61,702 nt of DNA, filler included, from 4 parts of 4 records of this genome joined end to end with filler, not necessarily neighbours in it, one strand, 5' to 3'; positions 41,343 to 51,724 are shown, numbered from the whole stretch's first letter. The notes: generated from the letters alone by a model not told the origin. Program-made: numbers and translations.

Positions 41343-42222
41343 CACCACTTATTCCCCGCATGAACATCTGGTTGCACCGGGTCGTGATCGGCCCGAACTG
41401 TGGCGGCTATTGGTAGGGCTTGTCATCATCGGTTCCGTGATCGTTGCCATGAACATGTTGGTGATGTCAGGGCTGCGGCTGGTTCAATCAGAAACGCAGG
41501 TGCGGGATCTGTTGTTGGGGCGTTCGCCGCTTGCCATGTTCATCGTTTTGGGAAGTTTTGCGTTTGTCACTCTGGGGGTTGGTGTCGCGGCCCGCCTGAT
41601 GCAGGGGCGCGGATTGATTGGCATTATCGGCGCGCCGGGCCTTGCCATTGTTCAGTTTTGGCGCGTGTTTCGTATTCTGTTGGCCATCGGGGTCGTGACC
41701 TTGATTTTGCCGCCCTATGATATGGGCGCACCGATGACATCAAATTTGTCGTTCGGGCTTTGGCTTGTCTTATTGCCACTGTCCCTGTTGGTGATTCTGG
41801 TTCAGACCAGTGCCGAAGAAATCCTGTTTCGCGGCTATATCCAGCAAGGGTTGGCCGCGCGGTTTTCCTCGCCTTTGGTTTGGATGGGGTTGCCTGCGCT
41901 CTTGTTTGCAGTGGGGCACTATTTGCCAGATCAGGCCGGTGACAATGCCCTTTTGATCGGGCTTTGGGCGGGGTGCTTTGGTCTTTTCACTGCCGATCTG
42001 ACGGCGCGCGCCGGTACATTGGGGCCAGCAATCGCGTTGCATACGTTCAACAACTTGACCGCCCTACTGTTGGTCGCCTTTCCCGAAAGTCTGAGCGGCC
42101 TTGCGTTGTATCTGGTTCCTTTTGACATGTCCGACACCGGAGAGGTCCGGTTGTGGTTGGCTGTTGATTTCATGATGATGCTGGTTGCATGGCTTGGCGC
42201 GCGTTTCGCACTTAGGCGTTGA
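41335..42222 (+). CDS. CPBP (CAAX/Abi-like) intramembrane glutamic endopeptidase
   Basis: Multi-TM with EEILFRGY, FAVGH and AIALHTFNN motifs. Confidence 0.9.
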   Translation: MADTTYSPHEHLVAPGRDRPELWRLLVGLVIIGSVIVAMNMLVMSGLRLVQSETQVRDLLLGRSPLAMFIVLGSFAFVTLGVGVAARLMQGRGLIGIIGAPGLAIVQFWRVFRILLAIGVVTLILPPYDMGAPMTSNLSFGLWLVLLPLSLLVILVQTSAEEILFRGYIQQGLAARFSSPLVWMGLPALLFAVGHYLPDQAGDNALLIGLWAGCFGLFTADLTARAGTLGPAIALHTFNNLTALLLVAFPESLSGLALYLVPFDMSDTGEVRLWLAVDFMMMLVAWLGARFALRR

Positions 42223-42282
42223 TTGCAATTCTGTTCGCTTGGGCTTATCTCAACCCGAGCATGCATCACCAGAGGTCCCGCC

Positions 42283-42856
42283 ATGAACTGGATTACAAAT
42301 TACGTCCGGCCCCGGATCAACTCGATCTTTTCGCGCCGGGAAATGCCCGAAAACCTTTGGCAGAAATGCGGGGAATGCGGCACCATGCTGTTCCATCGGG
42401 AACTGGCCGAAAATTTGAATGTGTGCACGCAGTGTGATCACCACATGGCGATCAGCCCGCGGGCGCGATTCAACGGCTTGTTTGACGGTGGGGTTTTCAC
42501 CGAGGTTGAAGTGCCTGAACCGGTCGCCGACCCTCTGCATTTCCGGGATCAGAAAAAATACCCCGACCGGATGAAAGCAGCGCAAAAATCCACCGGTGAA
42601 AAAGACGCAATGTTGGTTGCCGCTGGTGAAATTGGCCGCACGCCAATTATTGCGGCCTGTCAGGATTTCTCGTTCATGGGCGGATCCATGGGCATGTATG
42701 TGGGCAACGCTATCATTGCTGCAGCTGAAGAGGCTGTGAAACTGGGGCGTCCGTTGATCCTATTTTCCGCGGCTGGCGGCGCGCGGATGCAGGAGGGGAT
42801 CTTGTCGTTAATGCAGATGCCCCGGTCCACCGTGGCTGTGCAAATGCTGAAAGAGG
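42283..42856 (+). CDS. accD: Acetyl-CoA carboxylase carboxyltransferase beta subunit (3'-truncated)
   Basis: MNWITNYVRP, Zn finger CGEC..CTQC, DFSFMGGSMG, GGARMQEGILSLMQM. Confidence 0.96.
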
Positions 42857-42956
42857 NNNNNNNNNNNNNNNNNNNNNNNNNNNNNNNNNNNNNNNNNNNN
42901 TTAATTAATTAANNNNNNNNNNNNNNNNNNNNNNNNNNNNNNNNNNNNNNNNNNNN
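42857..42956. other. Artificial contig linker
   Basis: N44-TTAATTAATTAA-N44. Confidence 0.98.
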
Positions 42957-43507
42957 ATGGCGAGAGTATGACGCCCGCTTTTCTGCGACTACCCACCAAA
43001 AAGCGTTACCGTGTGAGCTCACATTTCAATCCCAGGCGATTGCACCCGGTGACTGGGCGCGTCGCCCCTCACAACGGAGTGGATCTTGCGACGCCAACGG
43101 GCACGCCGATTCTCAGCACCGGAGACGGTATTGTGTCCCGGATCGGCAATCACCCTTACGCTGGCAAGTACATCGACATTGATCATGGGGGCTCGCACAC
43201 CACACGGTACCTACATCTCCATAAAATCCTGGTTCGTAAAGGCGCTGCGATAGAGCGCGGACAGAAAATTGCCTTGTCAGGAAATACCGGGCGCAGCACC
43301 GGCCCCCACCTTCATTTTGAGTTCCACATCAATGGTCGCCCGGTTGATCCCCTGACGGCCGACATCCCGACCGCCGCAGCCATTCCGGAAACGGAGATTG
43401 CATCCTTCAAGAGAAAACTCCATGAACAAAGGACGGTCATGGAATATGCCGCAAGCCGGTCAGAGCTCGCGATGACCCAAGGGTTGCCGGAGTTCGACGA
43501 AACCTGA
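42957..43507 (+). CDS. M23 murein DD-endopeptidase (MepM-like), C-terminal part
   Basis: SSHFNPRRLHPVTG, HNGVD (HxxxD), YLHL, SGNTGRSTGPHLHFE; 5'-truncated. Confidence 0.9.
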
Positions 43508-43526
43508 CACCACGAGCGCGACGCGA

Positions 43527-44183
43527 CTACCCATGTCGCAACCTTCTCAGCAGTTTTTCCAATCGTTGGGGGTCGCCCACCGTGTCGGTCCATTGCAAAC
43601 TAGCTGGCTTCCCATTCAGGTACCACAGACGGTTAGCCAGACTCACGACATCTTCGTCATCGTGAGTCACACAGATCATCGCCATATCCGGCTGCGCGTC
43701 CAGAATCCCGGAGACCAGCGCTTTGAGTTCGGCGACCATGATCGGATCCAGCGAGGCAAACGGCTCGTCCAGCAACAGCAGCTCCGGTTTAACAGCCAGG
43801 CATCGCGCCAAGGCTGCTCGCCTGGCCATTCCCAGGGATAACTGGTCTGGCAGATAGGCCCCGTAACCGGTGAGGCCAACCCGCATCAGCAATTCCTCGG
43901 CTTCCCGTTTGCTAGCGCCAACCAGCCTGAGGTTCGACATCAGGCTCTTCCAGGGCAGCAGGCGATGCTCCTGAAACAGGTACCCCACCCGAAGCATCTC
44001 ACGCCCCAGCACGGCCGATTCCGGAATCGATTTATCAAGACCGGCAATGGCATTCAGCAGTGTGGTCTTGCCAATACCCGACGGGCCCATCAGACAGATA
44101 CGGTCGCCCCGTTCAATACCGACAAAGATCTCACCCAGCACCGGCTGACCGAAATCCCGACCGGCGATCCGCAGCTCAAGCAT
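43527..44183 (-). CDS. ABC transporter ATP-binding subunit (NitT/TauT type)
   Basis: GPSGIGKT, FQEHRLLPW, LSLGMARR, LLLLDEPF, VTHD. Confidence 0.93.
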   Translation of the reverse strand: MLELRIAGRDFGQPVLGEIFVGIERGDRICLMGPSGIGKTTLLNAIAGLDKSIPESAVLGREMLRVGYLFQEHRLLPWKSLMSNLRLVGASKREAEELLMRVGLTGYGAYLPDQLSLGMARRAALARCLAVKPELLLLDEPFASLDPIMVAELKALVSGILDAQPDMAMICVTHDDEDVVSLANRLWYLNGKPASLQWTDTVGDPQRLEKLLRRLRHG

Positions 44184-44961
44184 GGACCGACTCCGGTTGG
44201 CGCCATCTGCTGGAACGGTTTTCAAGTGGCCGCAGTATCGCGAGCTCGATCAGTTGCACCACGGCGATAAACGCCAGACTGTATGCCAGGATGGCGGACA
44301 CATCGAACACCTGGAACGCCATGTGCAACTGAAATCCGACTCCATTCGATCGGCCGAGCAACTCGACGACCAGGACAATCTTCCAGATCAGCGCCAAACC
44401 TCCTCTGGTCGCCACCATCAGGTAGGGGAAAAGCTGGGGCATCCAGACGTCACGCAACCGCTGCCATAGGGAGAATCGGTACACGCTGGCCATTTGCTCA
44501 AGCCGGTAATCAAGGCTCCGGGCTCCTTCCCTCACCGTCACCGCGACATTGGGTATCTTGTTTACGACGACGGCCATCACAGCCGCAGCTTCCACCAGTC
44601 CGAACCAGACGTACATCAGAATGATGGTCACCAGAGCAGGCAGGTTAAGCATGAGCACCAGCAGAGGATCGAAAAGCGCATTGAAGGTGCGTGATCGCCC
44701 CAACACCAGGCCAATAGCGGTACCGAGCAGCATCGCCAGGGAAAACGCCAGGATAACGCGGGACAAGGTTGCCCCCAGGTGCATCCAGAGCTGGCCTGAG
44801 GAGGACTCTCTGACAAGGGTATCCAGTACCTCCATCGGACCCGGCAACAACGGGGAACCCAGATACCCAGCAGTCATCGCCCACACCATCATCAGGCCAG
44901 GCAGCACAATCCAGTAGCTCCAGACCGGCGGGCGCGCCGTCCCCACGTTCATGGCCGCCAC
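44176..44961 (-). CDS. ABC transporter permease (NitT/TauT type)
   Basis: LPGP..V, HLGATLSRV, EAA-like loop EGARSLD, WKIVLVVELLG..NGVG. Confidence 0.92.
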   Translation of the reverse strand: MAAMNVGTARPPVWSYWIVLPGLMMVWAMTAGYLGSPLLPGPMEVLDTLVRESSSGQLWMHLGATLSRVILAFSLAMLLGTAIGLVLGRSRTFNALFDPLLVLMLNLPALVTIILMYVWFGLVEAAAVMAVVVNKIPNVAVTVREGARSLDYRLEQMASVYRFSLWQRLRDVWMPQLFPYLMVATRGGLALIWKIVLVVELLGRSNGVGFQLHMAFQVFDVSAILAYSLAFIAVVQLIELAILRPLENRSSRWRQPESVHA

Positions 44962-45971
44962 CGATAGAACAGGTCGTCGGGCATTAACTGTGACGGGTCG
45001 GCGCCGGTCAGAATCAGCAACTGTTTCATATCAGCGATGCGCTGGTCGGTCTGAGAACCAGGAACACCCTGCACAAATCCCCGCCTGAGCGCCTCGAATA
45101 CACCATCCGCAGGATGTCCCATTAATGGCCGGAGACGGTCCCAGTGGCCCGCTTCGCGGGCCAGTTCGGCTTTCGTGCCAGCCAGGGCGACGGCAAACCG
45201 ATCAATGAGGTCAGCATGCTGCCGGGCCCAGTCTTCGGGGAACACATAACCGAGCACCGGCAGTTGGCGCTCAAGGCCAAGCTCTGACAGCAATTCGGCC
45301 ATACTGAACGCCGACCGCCATCCACCCTCCCCCTGCATTCGTGCCGCAAAATGCCAATAGGTCACGATGACATCCAACTGCCCCCGCTTGAGGGACTGGC
45401 TGAGCAACGGAGGTGCGGCAAACTGGACTGACGCAGACGCCGACAAATCTATACCTTGTCGGGCGGCTACACGATTCAGCAGAACCCAGCCTTTGCTGTC
45501 AGGTCCGCCAGCGACACCAATGCGTTTGCCCCGCAGGTCTGCCAGTGAGGATATTTCAGACGTCTCGGCCACCAGTATCTCGCCAATCCGGGAAGAAAAC
45601 GGCAAATACAGGTAGGAGGCCCCCGCCTGATACCGGAACTGAGTCCAGAGCAGATCGGCGACGGCACCGTTGACGGACCCCGCTGTCACTGCCAGCCTCG
45701 AGGCCGGCAGATTCGCCACCGGCAACAATTCAAGTCGGAATCCGTTGGCCCTGTCGAGGCCCCGATACTGCAGATGATCCAGTTCCCAATGGGCGGTGCC
45801 AAACTGGAGAACACTCAGGGACAAAACCGGTAGATCACTCCCATCGTCATCGCCCGCCGCGATCACCACCGGGCACCCCACGAGCAACAACAGCGCTGTG
45901 AGGGCGGTAAGCAACCAGTGGCGACCGACAGGGTGGCCGGGAGAGCGTGTTGTATGTATTGGCGCGTGCAT
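44949..45971 (-). CDS. Periplasmic binding protein, PqqT-like (candidate PQQ-binding)
   Basis: Signal peptide. FGTAHWE, GKRIGVAGG..SKGW, APPLL and YWHFAAR match, from recall, the Methylorubrum PqqT pattern; adjacent to the alcohol-oxidation regulator. Confidence 0.75.
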   Translation of the reverse strand: MHAPIHTTRSPGHPVGRHWLLTALTALLLLVGCPVVIAAGDDDGSDLPVLSLSVLQFGTAHWELDHLQYRGLDRANGFRLELLPVANLPASRLAVTAGSVNGAVADLLWTQFRYQAGASYLYLPFSSRIGEILVAETSEISSLADLRGKRIGVAGGPDSKGWVLLNRVAARQGIDLSASASVQFAAPPLLSQSLKRGQLDVIVTYWHFAARMQGEGGWRSAFSMAELLSELGLERQLPVLGYVFPEDWARQHADLIDRFAVALAGTKAELAREAGHWDRLRPLMGHPADGVFEALRRGFVQGVPGSQTDQRIADMKQLLILTGADPSQLMPDDLFYRWRP

Positions 45972-46140
45972 GACTCAACGATACGAACCGCACCCCGGCG
46001 CAAGAATAGTACTTTGGTGCCTGTTTTTTGGTGCGATGGTCGCATTCAACCTCTGGCGCAGATCGCGTGTAATGAGAGAATCACAATAATAAGCAGGGAA
46101 TCGAACCGGAAGCCGGCGATTCTCTCCACAGGAGGCCGCC

Positions 46141-46914
46141 ATGCTGAACGAGCTCGATGCCGCACTCTCTTCCGAAAACCGCTATGATGATCCGGAATCC
46201 ACCCCCGACAATGATCAACAACAGGCGGACGCACCCATGGACCCGGTCTACAAGATCCTGATCGCTGACGACCACCCTCTGTTCCGCGAAGCCATCAGTA
46301 GCGTCATCGCCTCCGGCTTTGCCGGCACTGAAATTCTGGAAACCGATGATCTGGACAGCGCCCTGGAGATAACCCGGGAGAACGACGATCTCGACCTGAT
46401 TCTGCTGGATCTGAACATGCCGGGTATGCATGGCCTGAACGGACTGATTTCGTTGAGAAACGAGGCCCCAACCATCCCGGTCGTGATCGTTTCAGCGGAG
46501 GAAGACAAGCAGGTCGTTCTCCAGGCCATCACCTACGGAGCTTGCGGCTTTATCACCAAGTCTTCACCACGAGCGCAGATGACCGATGCCATCCAGCAGA
46601 TCCTGAACGGCAACGTCTATCTTCCGTCCGATATCATTCGCACCGGGAAAGAGAGCAACCAGCGACGGGTTCGGAGCGATGAAAACCCAATCTCGCCGGA
46701 ATTGCTAAACTCGCTTACCCGGCGACAGCTTCTGGTACTGGAGCGGATGGCGAAGGGCGAATCCAACAAGCAGATCGCCTACAACCTGAACATTGCCGAG
46801 ACCACGGTCAAGGCTCATGTATCTGCAATACTCCGCAAACTCAGCGTGCACAACCGGGTCCAGGCCATCCTGTCGGCAGGCGATGTCGATTTCAATCAAT
46901 ACCTGAAACGCTGA
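46141..46914 (+). CDS. erbR: NarL/LuxR-type response regulator ErbR/AgmR (PedR1)
   Basis: [16 protein letters not shown]...[62 protein letters not shown] closely resembles Pseudomonas AgmR/ErbR; LuxR HTH; GGAGG RBS at 46131. Confidence 0.85.
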   Translation: MLNELDAALSSENRYDDPESTPDNDQQQADAPMDPVYKILIADDHPLFREAISSVIASGFAGTEILETDDLDSALEITRENDDLDLILLDLNMPGMHGLNGLISLRNEAPTIPVVIVSAEEDKQVVLQAITYGACGFITKSSPRAQMTDAIQQILNGNVYLPSDIIRTGKESNQRRVRSDENPISPELLNSLTRRQLLVLERMAKGESNKQIAYNLNIAETTVKAHVSAILRKLSVHNRVQAILSAGDVDFNQYLKR

Positions 46915-46968
46915 AACCAACGCCTGGACAGCCGGCCGGGCGCGCTTTCCGGATGAACCAGCGGCTCC

Positions 46969-49281
46969 TCAGGTCCGGATCACGTGAGTCAGCACACTGC
47001 GCAGCTTGAGCGGTTTCACCGGCTTGTTCATCAGCAGATAGCCGAGCTCCCTGATATGTTGCTTGAGTTCATTGGTGTAATTCGCGGTGATCATCAGAAC
47101 TGGAGCAGGCCGGTGGCGCTGACGGTTGATGATGGCCACGGCATCCACACCATTCTCGTCATTGTCCAGATGATAATCCGCCAGGATTAAATCGACCCGA
47201 GCGTTGACGACATCGACCTTGCCCGCCAGGTCATCCGCAGAGATGGCCGTGACTACCTGACAATCCCACCCTTCGAGCAGGGTTTTCATACCCTGGCAAA
47301 TGGCCAGATCGTTATCAATCACCCACACCCGGGCACCGGACAGCCCATGATCTGCTGACACAGCCACGCTATCTCTGGGGGCCGGCGGGGCTGGTCGAAG
47401 CTTCCCAAGCGGTACACGGACGCTGAACACTGACCCCCGGCCCTCCTCCGAAGAGACCGAAACCTCATGCCCCAGCATTCGCGCAATCTTGTCCACGATC
47501 GCCAGCCCGAGCCCCAGGCCCTTATCGCCCTGGCCTCCCATCGGTCGGATGCGTTTGAACTCCTGAAAGATCTCGGTGAGCTTGTCACCGGGAATACCCG
47601 CCCCGGTATCCCACACCTGCAGGAGCACATGGTTCGCTTGACGGCGGCAACCGAGGACAATTCGCCCCTGTTCCGTATAGCGGATGGCGTTGGTCAGGAA
47701 ATTCCGCAGGATTCGGGCCAGCAACTGGGAATCAGAGTGAACAATCGCTGATGAGGGCACGAAATCAAGGCGCAACCCCTCGGCCAACGCCATTTGCCGG
47801 AACTCCCTGGCGATATTGTTGAGCAGGTCTCTGAGATCAAAGGCGGTCACATCGGGTGTAATCACCCCCGCGTCCAGCTTGGAGATGTCGACCAACGTGC
47901 CCAACAGGTTTTCGACATCGTCGAGCGAGGTGCTGACGGATCTCACCAGACCTTCGGCCTTCGGCCCGAAACTCTGCTCCAGCAAAGCACTGGTGAAGAG
48001 ACGAGCCGCATTCAGAGGCTGCAACAGATCGTGACTGACCGCGGCCAGAAATTTGGTTTTCGACAGGTTCGCCTGCTCCGCTTCACGCTTGGCCTCTCGG
48101 AGCCCGGACTCGGCAGCGGAACGCTCGGATATCTCCTGGCGCAACTGCTCGTTCAGGCCGGTCAGTGCGGCCGTGCGCTCCCGCACCCGATGTTCCAGAT
48201 CGTCATAGGCCCGCTCCAGCGCAATCGCCGTTTTGCGACGCTCGGTGATATCGCGAATCAGTACAAAAAAACCAGTTACCTCACCGGTCTCATCGCGATT
48301 CGGCACGTAGGATCGCAGCATATAACGCTGGTCACCGTGCTCGCCGGTTTCTTCAAACTCAAAGTTAACGCTATGGCCGTCCAGGACTTCCAGTATCTGA
48401 GGCAGCAGACGCTGGTAAAAATCTTCGGAGTGCACCTCTTCCAGGTGTTTACCCAACGGCGAAACGCTGTTGCGGCCGTACCAGGACTGATAGACCTTGT
48501 TACAGAACTGGACTGTCAGATCCGCGCCGACATAGGCGATCAGCGCTGGCACATGATCCGTGACGACTCGAATCCAGCGCTCACTCTCTTCCAGCGCCTT
48601 GATCCGCCGTGCCATCTCACTGTTCTTGACGTCCGTAATGTCCGAGTAGAGCACAACCTGGCCGCCCTCCCGGGTAGAGCGCTCAGTCATTTGAACCCAG
48701 CGGCCGTTGGATAACAGAAAAACGGTACCCTCGGCCTCCTCGTGACTGTGCTCCTCAACAATCAACCCCGAGCTCAGCGCCAACCTTTTCACTGCCTGAA
48801 TATGGGTACCTGGCACCGGGACAGGCACACCAGCGTGCCGCCAGTAACTCCGAAAACGGCTGTTGGTCTGAATCAGGCGGTGTTCCCGATCGAACAGCAC
48901 AAAGCCGTCCGCAATACTCTCAATGGCATCGCTCAGGCGCTGCCGGGAGGTCTCCGCTTCCTCCCTTGCGCGGTTCAACGCCTTGTTGCTGACCTTGAGT
49001 TCTTCCATGGCGAGATTCAGCGCCTCGGTCCGTTCACGGACCTGCTCGGCGAGAATAACCGAGTGCTCAAACGCTGCGTAGGGTGCTGGCTTGTGGCTGG
49101 CACCGGACTCCACGCGGTCAATTAATGCGTCGCGAATGCTTCGGAGCCGACGATTCTCGTCCTCCAGTTGTGCAATTCTGGCGTCTTTCTCGGACGATGA
49201 GTGCAGAGTGGAGTCACTCGATACTGCATTCAGGCTGGCCAATGACCACCCCCGTGAAGGTCTGATTGATGTGCATGCCAT
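46969..49281 (-). CDS. nahK: Hybrid PAS histidine kinase, NahK/ErcS (PedS1) family
   Basis: Two PAS domains, H-box KTKFLAAVSHDLLQPLNAARLF, N-box NFLTNAIRY, DTGAGI, GLGLGLAIV, C-terminal receiver (VIDND, ADYHL, KP); downstream of nosP. Confidence 0.88.
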   Translation of the reverse strand: MACTSIRPSRGWSLASLNAVSSDSTLHSSSEKDARIAQLEDENRRLRSIRDALIDRVESGASHKPAPYAAFEHSVILAEQVRERTEALNLAMEELKVSNKALNRAREEAETSRQRLSDAIESIADGFVLFDREHRLIQTNSRFRSYWRHAGVPVPVPGTHIQAVKRLALSSGLIVEEHSHEEAEGTVFLLSNGRWVQMTERSTREGGQVVLYSDITDVKNSEMARRIKALEESERWIRVVTDHVPALIAYVGADLTVQFCNKVYQSWYGRNSVSPLGKHLEEVHSEDFYQRLLPQILEVLDGHSVNFEFEETGEHGDQRYMLRSYVPNRDETGEVTGFFVLIRDITERRKTAIALERAYDDLEHRVRERTAALTGLNEQLRQEISERSAAESGLREAKREAEQANLSKTKFLAAVSHDLLQPLNAARLFTSALLEQSFGPKAEGLVRSVSTSLDDVENLLGTLVDISKLDAGVITPDVTAFDLRDLLNNIAREFRQMALAEGLRLDFVPSSAIVHSDSQLLARILRNFLTNAIRYTEQGRIVLGCRRQANHVLLQVWDTGAGIPGDKLTEIFQEFKRIRPMGGQGDKGLGLGLAIVDKIARMLGHEVSVSSEEGRGSVFSVRVPLGKLRPAPPAPRDSVAVSADHGLSGARVWVIDNDLAICQGMKTLLEGWDCQVVTAISADDLAGKVDVVNARVDLILADYHLDNDENGVDAVAIINRQRHRPAPVLMITANYTNELKQHIRELGYLLMNKPVKPLKLRSVLTHVIRT

Positions 49282-50404
49282 TGAACTGCTCACCGTAGGT
49301 GTTAAAGCCCACCACCCGGTGCTCGGTCAGGAATTCGGAAACCGCATCCAGTTGCCCGGTCAGCTCGGCCTCCAGTCTCCGCAGGAAGCAGTCGCAGGCC
49401 AGAGTGACCAGAGGTTTACCCACCACTCGCTCAGACGCTTCAATCTGAGTCCGAACGCTCTCCAATAACGACCCGGGATTCATCGCCACCATCACAATGC
49501 CGGTTTCAACTGCGCAGTAGAAGGTGAGGCTGCCATCAGGGTTTACTCTCTGGATGGAGCGGACAAAATGGTTACCCCCGACCCGAACGCCGAGAGGATG
49601 AAGGGCAAACACACCTCGATCCAGCTCTGCCAGCGGCACACCCACCGTCCGGGCATAAACTTCGGCGGCGGGTTCAGCATTCAGCTCATAAACGGTGCGG
49701 CTTTCGGGACAGGCCATCGTCACCACCAGCTTTTCATCCTGAGCCTGCATGTGATGTGTTGAGAACACCCGGAAATCAAGAGGCGTATTGACCAGCATCA
49801 CGGTGGCCGCAGCGCTGTGGAAGCGGCCATCAAAGAATACATGGGTATCAGCCAGGCGCTCATCGTCCCCGGCAGAGCCGCCAAACTGAGGAATGGTACC
49901 CAACGCGGCATTCAGGGTAGCCAGCACCAACTCCTCCCGGCTTGAAAGGCCATCCAGCATCGTTATCGCGAAGGTGTTGCCTTTCACCGGCGCAAGCCGG
50001 GCCTCCCGACAGGTCGACAGCAAACCGTCGATCACCTGCTGGGCATCCTGCAAAGTGAAACGCTCCAGCTCACTGATCAGGGCGCAGTCAATCGCGAAAA
50101 AACGGGCATCGAACCCCAAAGCACTGATGCACCCGCGTCCGTATCCCTGTTCGGTAATCTCCCCGGCCGAGGTACAGCCGTAAATCCGGGTTTGCGGAAA
50201 GGCAGCCTGCAGCGCTGGCCCCAGTTTTTCCAGATCGAATTCCACCGAACAGAAGAACAGAACACAACCCAGATGCTCATGCTGCAATTGCCGGGCGAGT
50301 TCGGCCGCGGCCAGTTCCGGGTCTCGGACGGTGGCACTGGCAACCCGGACCGCTACTGCGGATGCATCTGGATTCATGGAAACAGCTCTCGGAAGCTTCG
50401 ACAT
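49214..50404 (-). CDS. nosP: FIST-domain haem/NO sensor NosP
   Basis: LFFCS, GCTSAGEI, LDGLSSREE, FGGSAGDD, ELNAEPAA, LTFYCAVETG, CDCFLRRLE, GFNTYGEQFNGMHINQTFTGV. Start uncertain (50377, 50404 or 50488). Confidence 0.88.
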   Translation of the reverse strand: MSKLPRAVSMNPDASAVAVRVASATVRDPELAAAELARQLQHEHLGCVLFFCSVEFDLEKLGPALQAAFPQTRIYGCTSAGEITEQGYGRGCISALGFDARFFAIDCALISELERFTLQDAQQVIDGLLSTCREARLAPVKGNTFAITMLDGLSSREELVLATLNAALGTIPQFGGSAGDDERLADTHVFFDGRFHSAAATVMLVNTPLDFRVFSTHHMQAQDEKLVVTMACPESRTVYELNAEPAAEVYARTVGVPLAELDRGVFALHPLGVRVGGNHFVRSIQRVNPDGSLTFYCAVETGIVMVAMNPGSLLESVRTQIEASERVVGKPLVTLACDCFLRRLEAELTGQLDAVSEFLTEHRVVGFNTYGEQFNGMHINQTFTGVVIGQPECSIE

Positions 50405-50568
50405 CCCTGCCGATTCTACGCCGATGCTGGTAGAGGAAAATTCGACTTCGGTGCTTTTTATCGGTGTTCCGAATTCGGCGTAACTCATTGATTATAAAAC
50501 TCCCGAATCAATGGCCAGCGATGATGCGCGATTTTTGCCGCAAGAAACCGGCACTTTAGTCTGAGACA

Positions 50569-50608
50569 GCCACTGCAGGACCGGAAAGCACCCTGGTCCT
50601 GCCGTGGC
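50569..50608 (-). terminator. Long stem-loop after the porin gene
   Basis: GCCACTGCAGGACCGG-N8-CTGGTCCTGCCGTGGC; no U-tract, so it may be an mRNA-stabilising or attenuating hairpin. Confidence 0.55.
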
Positions 50609-50620
50609 ATCGGGGTGGGA

Positions 50621-51724
50621 TCAGAACATGACAATCGCACCAATGGCGAGGGTATCTGTGTCCGCTGCTTCAGCGCCCGAAGATTTCACGTCCTGCTCAA
50701 ACATGTTGTATTCCGCAACGAGTTTGAAGTTGCTGTTCACATCATGAAACACGGCAACGGAGGTGTTCTCGGTTTCAAAGTCTCCCTGGTCAGAGTCCGT
50801 TTCCCCGTACGACAACACGAACCGGTTTGCCCCAAGGGTGTAGGAACCCTGAATCAGATAACCATCCGCATCCTCTTCTGAGGCGAGGGCCGCATCGGTG
50901 ATCAGAACCGGAACATCTCCCTCGGAAGTAAAGCCGGAGGCGGTCAGGGAAAGACCGGCCACCGAGGCCTTGACACCGTAGCCAATACCCTGGCTGTCGA
51001 TCTCTGTGGTGGCATTCTCTGAGCTTTGATGACGCCCATTGAGCCAGCCTGTCAGCGAGACGCCCTGCAGCTCCGTCGCGTAGGTCAACTCTGCTTCAAG
51101 CCGCGGAGCGGATTGCGCGGACTCAGCGCCGGGCGTTGTATTGGCCGGCTCGAAAATACCCACAGCCACGTTCAGGCCTGACATATCTGGCGAGCGATAG
51201 GTAATCTGCGCAGAGGGATTCGGGTACGGATACCCTGTGCGGATGTTGCCAAAAGAGACCCCGGTGGCCGCACCCGGTGATCCAAAGCCCATCAGCAACT
51301 CGTCCAGGAAGATGTTGGATCGGGCATACAACCCGAAATCTTTCCCGATCAGCACCTGGCCAAAGCTTCCGTCCACTGTGGCATACAGCTGTCGGACATC
51401 AATGCTGGTATCCGTAGGCGACTGGAGGCTGTCGTTGATGGTGGTCCAGAATGAAGAACGACCACCCAGCGTAAGTTCGCCCATGTCCTTGCTGAAATTG
51501 AATCCGATGGTGTTAGGCAGGAAACCCATCTTGACGTCAGAATTGCGAACATCGTTGACGCTGTCGTCACGGTTCACGTAAAACGCGTTGAAGTAGCCAT
51601 CCACCGAAAAACTGGTTCCGTCCTGACTGTATACTTCAACCGCTGCCTGGGCACTGGCGCTGGCCCCCATCATCGCGGCCACGGCAATGGCCAACCCCGA
51701 CTGTTTCAGTTTGTTGTTGTTCAT
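50621..51724 (-). CDS. Gram-negative porin
   Basis: Signal peptide ending AQA, amphipathic beta strands, RQLYATVDGSFGQVLIGK, QITYRSP, KLVAEY, terminal Phe. Confidence 0.9.
   Translation of the reverse strand: MNNNKLKQSGLAIAVAAMMGASASAQAAVEVYSQDGTSFSVDGYFNAFYVNRDDSVNDVRNSDVKMGFLPNTIGFNFSKDMGELTLGGRSSFWTTINDSLQSPTDTSIDVRQLYATVDGSFGQVLIGKDFGLYARSNIFLDELLMGFGSPGAATGVSFGNIRTGYPYPNPSAQITYRSPDMSGLNVAVGIFEPANTTPGAESAQSAPRLEAELTYATELQGVSLTGWLNGRHQSSENATTEIDSQGIGYGVKASVAGLSLTASGFTSEGDVPVLITDAALASEEDADGYLIQGSYTLGANRFVLSYGETDSDQGDFETENTSVAVFHDVNSNFKLVAEYNMFEQDVKSSGAEAADTDTLAIGAIVMF

Noticed and set aside
41335..42222. CPBP/Abi protein as an anti-phage system
   Set aside because: It sits in a housekeeping context directly before accD with no defence genes nearby; the family name alone is not evidence.
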